NCBI GenBank assembly: GCA_049969455.1
Contig: JBMFOW010000002.1
Coordinates: forward strand, 1-32,208
Origin: a bacterium
Lineage (GTDB): Bacteria > DRYD01
Length of the DNA stretch: 32,208 nucleotides
Direction of reading: 5' to 3'
The notes under the pieces were generated by a model that worked only from the letters and a program-made list of their open reading frames with translations, was not told the origin of the DNA and did no database searches. How positions within the stretch are numbered: position 1 is the first letter of the stretch; every line of letters begins with the position of its first letter. Of this stretch, positions 1 to 7,706 are shown piece by piece. Position numbers and translations under genes: made by a program.

Positions 1-195
1 ATATTAAAATGTCATAAAAATTATCAAAAAAATAAAAAGAAATATCTAAAAAAAACACAAAAATTTAATCAACAAATAGTTAATAGATTTCCCAATTTTA
101 CCTATTCAAAATACAGAAATAAATAATACTGTAAAAAAGATACTTAAAATACTTAAGATACTCTAATACTATAAAAATTTTTAAACAATAAAAAT

Positions 196-1209
196 CTATT
201 CTATAATAAAATTAATAATATCCTTTAAAGAAGAATAAGGTAAATTAATAATTTTAGAGACATTATTAATAGGAGAATATCTAATAGAGTTATAATGAAA
301 TATTTTATCAGGATAAAGAGAAATGATTTTCTTAGCATTAGAAAAAGCTGCTAAATGACAAGTACCTGTATCAAAACCAATAAACAAATCAGATTTATAA
401 CAAAGAGAAACATACTCTACCAAATCTAAATTAGTCAAAATAAACAATCTATTATGTTTTATTTTTTGAAATTCTTTTAAGTATATTAACTCCAAAGGTC
501 CAAAAACTAAAAATATTATTTTATCTAATTTTAAAAATTGATTTATTAAATCATAGTAATCCTTGAAACTTATTCCATTTTTAAAAGATTTATAAGTTAT
601 ATGTAGAATAATATAACCTCCATTTATAGAATATTTATTTCTAAAATTTTCTAAAAATAAATTATCTATTCTTTGCTTAAAATAATTAAATCTATCAATA
701 CTATAAAAATTTATTAAAGTAGTTCTTAATTCTGAATTATTTAAATTTATATCTTGATTATTTACTAAATTTTCTTTTTGAAAAATATAGAAAACCAAAT
801 TGAAAATATTAAAAATTTCATGATTCAAAACTGAATTAATATCTTCAAATAAAATAGTAATAGTAAAAAATTTTAAAACTAAATTAGTTAAAAATTTATT
901 CTTATAAATAATACTATACTTTTTTTTAGATTTTACAAATAAAATATCATTAAAAAATCTAGATATAGGTCCTAAAAAAATAACTACATCAAAAAAATTA
1001 CTATATACACCCTTCTTATCAATAAATTCAATATTATTTAATTCATTTTTAAACAATAATTGCAAAAAACTAATATACTTAGAATAAAAAGATATTCTTA
1101 TACTCTCCTTATTTAAGTTATTTTCATTTAAGTTATTAAAAAATTTTAATAAAGGAATGCAAAATAAACTATCACCTAATCCATCTTCTTTATATATTAA
1201 TAATTTCAT
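196..1209 (-). CDS. Glycosyltransferase family 9 (LPS heptosyltransferase-like)
   Basis: 337-aa ORF. N-terminal 'EDGLGDSLFCIPLLKF' and C-terminal 'LFIGFDTGTCHLAAF' resemble the two hallmark GT9 motifs (GDxxxxxP... and NDSGxMHLAAA). Substrate cannot be inferred. Confidence 0.65.
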   Translation of the reverse strand: MKLLIYKEDGLGDSLFCIPLLKFFNNLNENNLNKESIRISFYSKYISFLQLLFKNELNNIEFIDKKGVYSNFFDVVIFLGPISRFFNDILFVKSKKKYSIIYKNKFLTNLVLKFFTITILFEDINSVLNHEIFNIFNLVFYIFQKENLVNNQDINLNNSELRTTLINFYSIDRFNYFKQRIDNLFLENFRNKYSINGGYIILHITYKSFKNGISFKDYYDLINQFLKLDKIIFLVFGPLELIYLKEFQKIKHNRLFILTNLDLVEYVSLCYKSDLFIGFDTGTCHLAAFSNAKKIISLYPDKIFHYNSIRYSPINNVSKIINLPYSSLKDIINFIIE

Positions 1210-1246
1210 AAAATTTAGAATTACAAAAAAATCTTAAAAAATAAAT

Positions 1247-2245
1247 CTACAATTCAAGTTTATTTAAATCATTATATTTAAAGATATATCTTTTATCTAA
1301 TAAAAACTTAGGACTTACATTCAAACTTATTAATAAACTAAAAGGTATTTCATAATAATTACCCATTAAAAGCTTTAGAATTAATTTAATAAAAACTCTT
1401 GGAATTTTTATAACAAAGTTAAAAGGTAATATTTTATTTTTATTTATTAAAATTTTTAAAAATTCAGAAAACCTTAAAATATTAGGATTTACTACATTAA
1501 CTGCTTGCTTTATATTACTTAAATTATTACTTTTTGTATACTCAATTAAAAAATCAATAATTGATGGTATTTCTTTAGAATATATCCAAGGTAAAAATGG
1601 ATCATCAAAAGTTAATCCAAAACCTAAATAAGAATTCAATTTAAATAATTTAACAAATAAAGCTTTTTTATCTAAAACAACACCTAATCTCAAATTAAAA
1701 ACATTTGAATCTATTAAATCATGAGTTACCCTTTCCCATTCAAAACATAATTTAGACATTAATGAATAATTTAATATATTATTTCTAATAAAATAATTCT
1801 CATCTATTTCATCTTCAATATCAATTAAATTAGAATAATACCCAATAGCAGATGCACTAAGATAAATATAAGGTCTTATATTCAATTCATTAAAAATTTT
1901 TACTAATTCTTTATTAAATTCTACTCTACTATTATAAATTCTTTCATACTTAGATTTATTTATATAACCAAAAATATTCTCTCCAACAAAGTTAAAAACT
2001 AAAAACTCACCACTTTTAATAAAATTAGAATCAATTATTTTTTTTATTAAATCTTTATTTAAATATGAATATTTTATAATTTCAACATTAGTAAAATTAT
2101 AAAAAAAAGGATCTAATTTTGATTTTCTAGTAAACAAAAAAATTTTTTTAAAATAACTTTTAGAAATAAAATAATCTAAAACATTAGAACCAACTAAGCC
2201 TGTAAAACCCCAAAAAAATAGATACATAATTATTTTAAATATCAA
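1247..2245 (-). CDS. NAD-dependent epimerase family protein, YfcH/TIGR01777-like
   Basis: 332-aa ORF with a Rossmann GxxGxxG ('GFTGLVG') near the N-terminus. The C-terminal tail '...SPKFLLDKRYIFKYNDL' resembles the DUF1731 end of YfcH-type proteins. The true start may be the internal Met at 2227. Confidence 0.55.
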   Translation of the reverse strand: MIFKIIMYLFFWGFTGLVGSNVLDYFISKSYFKKIFLFTRKSKLDPFFYNFTNVEIIKYSYLNKDLIKKIIDSNFIKSGEFLVFNFVGENIFGYINKSKYERIYNSRVEFNKELVKIFNELNIRPYIYLSASAIGYYSNLIDIEDEIDENYFIRNNILNYSLMSKLCFEWERVTHDLIDSNVFNLRLGVVLDKKALFVKLFKLNSYLGFGLTFDDPFLPWIYSKEIPSIIDFLIEYTKSNNLSNIKQAVNVVNPNILRFSEFLKILINKNKILPFNFVIKIPRVFIKLILKLLMGNYYEIPFSLLISLNVSPKFLLDKRYIFKYNDLNKLEL

Positions 2246-2365
2246 ATATATTTAAATTTAAATAACAAATTTATTAATTATGAATAAAAATTATCTCAGT
2301 TTATTTTATTTTTAATTAAATTTTTGTAAAATTATTTGCATAAATTATTTTAGTAAATTAATAAA

Positions 2366-3454
2366 TCATTTAATTCCAAACCAATCAGCTATTTTAGAAG
2401 CAATAGATTCTCCAGCCATACCGCCTAAAGCAGAACCAGCTATAGCAATCCCAGCTCCAACTGCAGCACCTATAGCAGTACCAATACCAGGAACTACAGA
2501 TCCTGCTACTGCTCCTGCAGCAGCACCTGCGGCAACACTTCCTAATACCCCTCCAGCTGTCTCAATAGCAGCTCTTTTTACAGATTTACCTTCATCTACC
2601 TTTTCCTTAAAATCAAAAATAGCTCCAATACTAGTAGCAATAGGTCCTGCTTTCTTTGCTATAGTAGATGCTACCTTCCCTAATCCCTTAGCAGCAGCCC
2701 TAGAAATACCTTTTTCAGCTACTTCTTCAGATACACTTTTTACAACATCCTTAGCTTTAGAAGATATGACTCTAGGAGCTCTTTTTAAACCCTTTGCTCC
2801 ATCTATTACTTCATCATCTAATTTAGATAAACCCTTTATAACATCCTTAGCTTTAGAAGATATGACTCTAGGAGCTCTTTTTAAACTTCTTGCTCCATCT
2901 ATTACTTTATCATCTAATTTAGATATATCTCTTTTAGCTTCTTGTACAAATTTCTTCACTTCAGATTTAATAACTCTAGGAGCTTTACTCTTCAATTCTC
3001 TAGCCTTAGATAATATCTTATCATCTATGTCAGACAAACCATCCTTAAATTTGCTTTTAGCATGTTTCAAAGCTCCCTTTAATCCTTTTTCTTCAACATG
3101 CTTAGCACCTTTCTCTAAGAATTCCCCTTTCTTCTCAATAGCTTTTTCAAGTACATTTTCTTTTAATTCTGATTGAACATAATCTTGATACTCACTATCT
3201 CTCTTATTTTCTTTATTAACATTATTTTCTATATTCAAAGCTTTTTCAAAATTATTTGCTAATCTTTCCTGAATATTTATCTTCTCTACTAGCTTCTGAT
3301 TTATATTTTTATCTTTGGTTATATCTGATAAATTACTAATTTTTTTAGAATTATCAAATTTATTAGATTTATCAACATAAGTTTTATTAGCATAAGTTTT
3401 ATCCTGTTTTGCAACATGATTATCTCCACTAAAACTATTGTTTACTTCTCTCAT
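2366..3454 (-). CDS. Repeat-containing charged protein with C-terminal glycine-zipper membrane domain (function unknown)
   Basis: 362-aa ORF with a strong SD (GGGAGG, 3463-3468) 8 nt upstream of the ATG. The N-terminal two-thirds is K/E/D-rich with about 32-aa repeats ('KRAPRVISSKAKDV..LSKLDDEVIDGAKGL'). The last ~70 aa are Gly/Ala-rich and hydrophobic ('GGVLGSVAAGAAAGAVAGSVVPGIGTAIGAAVGAGIAIAGSALGGMAG'), i.e. GxxxG/AxxxA zipper-like. I recognise no family. Confidence 0.6.
   Translation of the reverse strand: MREVNNSFSGDNHVAKQDKTYANKTYVDKSNKFDNSKKISNLSDITKDKNINQKLVEKINIQERLANNFEKALNIENNVNKENKRDSEYQDYVQSELKENVLEKAIEKKGEFLEKGAKHVEEKGLKGALKHAKSKFKDGLSDIDDKILSKARELKSKAPRVIKSEVKKFVQEAKRDISKLDDKVIDGARSLKRAPRVISSKAKDVIKGLSKLDDEVIDGAKGLKRAPRVISSKAKDVVKSVSEEVAEKGISRAAAKGLGKVASTIAKKAGPIATSIGAIFDFKEKVDEGKSVKRAAIETAGGVLGSVAAGAAAGAVAGSVVPGIGTAIGAAVGAGIAIAGSALGGMAGESIASKIADWFGIK
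2745..3050 (-). repeat. In-frame tandem repeat, 96-bp unit (2 well-conserved copies plus about 1.5 diverged copies)
   Basis: Units 2745-2840 and 2841-2936 start with the same 'acatccttagctttagaagatatgactctaggagctcttttt'. The first ~80 nt differ at 4 positions by eye. Weaker copies continue to about 3050 ('ataactctaggagcttt', 'DIDDKILSKA'). The repeat lies entirely inside the 2366-3454 CDS. Confidence 0.85.
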
Positions 3455-3474
3455 AAAAACTACCTCCCGATTCT

Positions 3475-3506
3475 AAATTACCCTTTAAAATAAATTACCC
3501 TTTAAA
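3475..3506 (-). promoter_or_regulatory. Two perfect 15-bp direct repeats (period 17 bp) just upstream of the SD of the 2366-3454 gene; candidate operator/promoter element
   Basis: 'aaattaccctttaaa' occurs at 3475-3489 and again at 3492-3506. On the coding strand this reads TTTAAAGGGTAATTT x2. The repeats end 6 nt from the GGGAGG SD. Confidence 0.4.
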
Positions 3507-3582
3507 TAAGATATATACAAATTTTACAAAATATAAAACTAATTTTAGAAATTTTTAACATTTTTTTTACACAATTAAAATA

Positions 3583-6500
3583 TTATATAATTTCATTAAG
3601 GACATATTTTTTGGTTAAGGTATCTGAGTTAATAAATTCTTGGTAAGTACCTTGAAAGATGATATAACCACCTTCATAAGCAGCTTTAGGACCTACTTCT
3701 ATTATATAATCTGCATTTTTTATAACCTCAATATTATGCTCCACAATTACAATAGTTGCTCCCTTAGATAATAACTGATAAATAACATCCAAAAATTTTT
3801 GAATATCTAAGTAATGCAATCCAGTAGTAGGTTCATCTAATAAATAAATAGTTTTATTTACATTTCTTTTGGATAACTCATAAGCTAATTTAATTCTTTG
3901 ACTTTCACCCCCAGATAAAGAAGGTGAAATTTGGCCTAACTTTATATAACCCAAACCAATATCATCCAAAAACTTTAACTTATCTTCTACATTCTTAAAT
4001 CCTTTAAAAACTTCAATAGCTTCTTTAACTGTTAATTCTAAAACATCATAAATACTATATTTATTATCAAATTTAACCATTAAAGTTTCTAAATTATATC
4101 TTTTACCATCACAAGCTTCACATTTTATATACAAATCTGGTAAAAAATTCATATCTAATCTTATAAATCCTTCACCTTTACACTTATCACATCTACCATC
4201 AGGCAAATTATAACTAAACCTACTAGGTCTAAATCCTAATCTCTTAGATTCAGGTAAATTAGCAAAAATAGATCTTATTTCATCAAATATTTTAGTATAA
4301 GTAGCAACAGTAGATCTAGGAGTCTTACCTATAGGCTTTTGATCAACATAACTAACTTTTGTAATTTTTTCTTTATTAAATTCAATATCTCCATAAACTC
4401 CTTCATCAAGAACACTAATAACTTCTTGATTTAACTTTGAAGCTAAATTAAAATACAACGCATCTAAAATAGAAGTTTTTCCACTACCAGATACCCCCGT
4501 TATAACTGTCAATCTATTTAAAGGAATTCTTAAAGATATATTCTTTAAATTATTGAGTCTTACATTTTTTAGATAAATATAATTCATTTCCTTAAATTTT
4601 TCAAGATAATCCTTATTCATAATTTTAACTTCATCTTTATTAAATAAATACCTTAAAGTAGGACTATTTAAAAATCTTTGATACAAATTACTAATTTCTT
4701 TTTTTAATGATTCAGATAAATCAATAAAACCTATATTATTTTTTTTATCATTTTCAATATTATCAAATTCATTAAACTTAATTTCTCTATTATTTGGATT
4801 TTTAGAAATATTTTCTATAAAATCAGTTTTAAAATTTTTAAATAACTCAAAATATTTATGAAGGAAATCAGCAAAAATAACATATCCTCCATTTTGTCCA
4901 CCTTCATAACCAAGCTCAACTAAAAAATCAGCATTACTAATAACCTGCTTATCATGCTCTACAATTATAATCGTATTATTTAATTCCTTTAATTTTAAAA
5001 TACTTTTAATAACTTTATCAATATTATAAGGATGCAATCCAATAGTAGGTTCATCTAAAACGTATATAATCCCAGATAACTGGGATCCTAACTGAGAAGC
5101 TAATTTAATTCTTTGAGCTTCACCTGAAGATAAATTAGAAGCAGTTCTATATAAATCTAAATATCCTAAATCCAATTCAATAATAAAATCTAATCTCTTT
5201 AAAACCTCATCTAATAAATTTTGTATTATATCTCTTTGATTCTGATTTAAATCTAAATTATTTAATATATTTTTAATTTGATATACTGGTTTAGAAGCTA
5301 AATCTCCAATACTATAATATAAATCATCCTTTGTCTTTAACTTCACACTCAAAGCTACATTATTTAATCTATAACCATTACAATCTGAACATACTCTTTC
5401 AAAAACTAAATTAGATAAATCAAAATCATAGTTAAAATATAATTCATTAACAAAAGCTCTAATACCCTCAAAATGAGAATCCCCATAAATAAGTTTTTGT
5501 ATCTTTTCATTTTCAATATTTTTTAATGGTTTATTAATATCAATATCATTAGCATAACAAAAATTCCTTATTTTTTCCCACCAATAATTCAATTTATACC
5601 AAGAATACTGATTTTTAGGAAAAATCTTAATAGCTCCATCTTTAATAGATAGTTCATAATCTATAACCTTATTTAAATTAAAATCAATAACACTTCCTAA
5701 ACCTTTACATTTTTCACATGCACCTAAAGGAGTATTAAATGAAAACAACCTCCAACTTATTTCAGGATAACTAAATCCACAATTATAACAACTAAAACTA
5801 CCTGAATACAATAAATACTTATCATCAACATATATTTTAACTAATTTTTGTTTTTCTTTATCAATAGATAACTTTAAAGTAGTATCCATTGCTAAGGATA
5901 CAGAATTTAATAATCTACCCTTATTATTTTCATTAACAACTAAACTATCTATAATAACATCTATATTATGTTTTTCATATTTATTTAATTCTATTTCATC
6001 ATCTATATCAAATTTAATACCATTGACAATAATTTTAGTAAATCCAAGCTTTTTTATTTTATTTAAAGTTATTTTATGATCTCCTTTTTTATACCTAATA
6101 ACAGGAGCTAAAATAGAAATTTTCTTACCTTCATAATTAGATAAAATCTGTTCTACAATTTCCTGAGGTTCTAATTTAGATATAACAACATTACAAAAAG
6201 GACAAAAAGGAATCCCAATAGATGCATATATTAATCTTAAATAATCATAAATTTCAGTAATTGTTCCAACAGTAGAACGAGGATTCAAATTTTTTATACG
6301 CTGATCAATAGAAATAGTTGGCCTTAATCCCTCTATTTTATCTACATTAGGTTTCTCTAATTTGTTTAAAAATTGTCTTGCATAATTTGAAATAGCTTCT
6401 AAATATCTCCTTTGACCTTCAGAATATATAACTTCATAAGCTAAACTACTCTTACCACTACCAGAAACTCCACATATTACTGTTATGACATTATGAGGTA

Positions 6501-6648
6501 TCCTTAAATTTATACCCTTTAAATTATTTTGCCTAACATTTACTATATCTATAAAACTCTCAATTTCAGGATCTTTAAAAAAATTTTCTCTTAATTTTAT
6601 TTCATTATCTATTATAAAATTATTATTTTTAAAACTTAAATTCACCAA
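3583..6648 (-). CDS. uvrA: Excinuclease ABC subunit A
   Basis: 1021-aa ORF with two ABC modules. Walker A 'GVSGSGKSSLA' sits at about residue 60 and 'GVSGSGKTSIL' at about residue 718. Signature motifs are 'LSSGEAQRIKLA' and 'LSGGESQRIKLA'. Cys-cluster zinc motifs are present ('CPFCN', 'CEKCKGLG', 'CDKCKGEG...CEACDG'). There is no in-frame ATG near the 5' end, so the start is TTG or GTG. The protein is longer than the ~940 aa I recall for typical UvrA, owing to an N-terminal extension and an N/K-rich linker before the second ATPase module. Confidence 0.92.
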   Translation of the reverse strand: MVNLSFKNNNFIIDNEIKLRENFFKDPEIESFIDIVNVRQNNLKGINLRIPHNVITVICGVSGSGKSSLAYEVIYSEGQRRYLEAISNYARQFLNKLEKPNVDKIEGLRPTISIDQRIKNLNPRSTVGTITEIYDYLRLIYASIGIPFCPFCNVVISKLEPQEIVEQILSNYEGKKISILAPVIRYKKGDHKITLNKIKKLGFTKIIVNGIKFDIDDEIELNKYEKHNIDVIIDSLVVNENNKGRLLNSVSLAMDTTLKLSIDKEKQKLVKIYVDDKYLLYSGSFSCYNCGFSYPEISWRLFSFNTPLGACEKCKGLGSVIDFNLNKVIDYELSIKDGAIKIFPKNQYSWYKLNYWWEKIRNFCYANDIDINKPLKNIENEKIQKLIYGDSHFEGIRAFVNELYFNYDFDLSNLVFERVCSDCNGYRLNNVALSVKLKTKDDLYYSIGDLASKPVYQIKNILNNLDLNQNQRDIIQNLLDEVLKRLDFIIELDLGYLDLYRTASNLSSGEAQRIKLASQLGSQLSGIIYVLDEPTIGLHPYNIDKVIKSILKLKELNNTIIIVEHDKQVISNADFLVELGYEGGQNGGYVIFADFLHKYFELFKNFKTDFIENISKNPNNREIKFNEFDNIENDKKNNIGFIDLSESLKKEISNLYQRFLNSPTLRYLFNKDEVKIMNKDYLEKFKEMNYIYLKNVRLNNLKNISLRIPLNRLTVITGVSGSGKTSILDALYFNLASKLNQEVISVLDEGVYGDIEFNKEKITKVSYVDQKPIGKTPRSTVATYTKIFDEIRSIFANLPESKRLGFRPSRFSYNLPDGRCDKCKGEGFIRLDMNFLPDLYIKCEACDGKRYNLETLMVKFDNKYSIYDVLELTVKEAIEVFKGFKNVEDKLKFLDDIGLGYIKLGQISPSLSGGESQRIKLAYELSKRNVNKTIYLLDEPTTGLHYLDIQKFLDVIYQLLSKGATIVIVEHNIEVIKNADYIIEVGPKAAYEGGYIIFQGTYQEFINSDTLTKKYVLNEII

Positions 6649-6686
6649 GAATTCTCTTTCCCCAAAAAATCAGCAAAAAATAATAT

Positions 6687-7664
6687 CTAAATTAAACTAA
6701 GTGTAATAGGAGTAGATCCATAAGTTTCAAGTACTAACCTAGAAGGAATATTATTCTCAGGAATTTCAAAGACTAAAGTACCGAAATTCATTCCAGAAGG
6801 TAGCAAAACCTGTAATATATAACTACTTAACCCTTCTATATAATCATATTTATTACCTTTATCATCATATAATACAAACTTGCCAGTATAAAGCTGAACT
6901 TTATTAGATAAATTTTGTTGTGATACAGTTAAAATAACAAACTTGAAACCAGCTTGTGGGGTATATAAACCTTTTATCAATTTAGATTCTTTTAAATCAC
7001 TGACAGTTATTTTAAATTCTTCATTACTAGCACTTCTAGGAATAAAAATAGTAGGTGGAGTACCAATAAGAGATTTTTCTATATTTTTATTATTTTTATT
7101 ATTGTTATCGTTATCTATAAAAGGTATTTCATATTTTTTAGAATCTTTTTTTACATTTTTATTATTATTTTCATTTTTATTTTCTTGTTCTAAATTATTA
7201 TCATTATTAGATTCTTGAATTTCTAAGTTAGCTTTATTAATATTTTTTTTATAACTTGGCTTATAAATAGTTATGTTTCTATTAACCTGATCCCATTGAA
7301 TTTGATAACCTAAAGGAATTAAAACATCTCTTAAAGCAATTAATAATTTACTTTTATATACTACAGCCTTAGTATATATTTTTAAATTAGAAACAATAAG
7401 AGCTCTTTCATTTGCATCCCAATAAACTGGACTTTCTAAAATAGAAGCTAAAGTTTGGGTATCTACATAAGAAATATTATCAAAAATATAAGCCTTATAT
7501 GAATTATTATTATAATTTAAATTAGCTTCTAAATAAGCAAATACTTGACTTTTTAATATATAAAAATAAAATACAAAAAATAAAAAAATAAGAAATAGTT
7601 GCATTTTTAAAATATTTTTATTAATTTTAGTATTTTTTTTATAATTTATATAATAACTTTTCAT
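6687..7664 (-). CDS. Membrane-anchored/exported protein: copper-amine-oxidase-N-terminal-like stalk repeats, N/K-rich linker, DUF4352-like C-terminal beta domain
   Basis: The hydrophobic anchor is 'LFLIFLFFVFYFYIL'. Two '...W D ... I T I'-type half repeats are present ('LASILESPVYWDANERALIV', 'LIPLGYQIQWDQVNRNITIY'). The C-terminus 'GFKFVILTVSQQNLSN...FVLYDDKGNKYDY...GTLVFEIPEN' resembles DUF4352. I place the start at ATG 7664, 7 nt after a GGGAGGG SD. The ORF track extends to GTG at 7679. Confidence 0.5.
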   Translation of the reverse strand: MKSYYINYKKNTKINKNILKMQLFLIFLFFVFYFYILKSQVFAYLEANLNYNNNSYKAYIFDNISYVDTQTLASILESPVYWDANERALIVSNLKIYTKAVVYKSKLLIALRDVLIPLGYQIQWDQVNRNITIYKPSYKKNINKANLEIQESNNDNNLEQENKNENNNKNVKKDSKKYEIPFIDNDNNNKNNKNIEKSLIGTPPTIFIPRSASNEEFKITVSDLKESKLIKGLYTPQAGFKFVILTVSQQNLSNKVQLYTGKFVLYDDKGNKYDYIEGLSSYILQVLLPSGMNFGTLVFEIPENNIPSRLVLETYGSTPITLSLI

Positions 7665-7706
7665 TTTAATCCCTCCCACATTTTGTCCCCCCCTGTTTCT
7701 TTATAA

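Noticed and set aside
2745-3050. Possible CRISPR-like or minisatellite array
   Set aside because: The repeats are contiguous with no spacers, in-frame, and inside a CDS. No cas genes are present. This is a protein-coding tandem repeat.
2766-3176. 136-aa plus-strand ORF from the track
   Set aside because: It is the antisense shadow of the repeat region of the 2366-3454 gene. It has no SD, a low-complexity S/L/F-rich translation, and repeats that merely mirror the sense-strand repeats.
6943-7218. 91-aa plus-strand ORF
   Set aside because: It lies antisense within the 6687-7664 gene, over its low-complexity N/K linker. It has no independent support.
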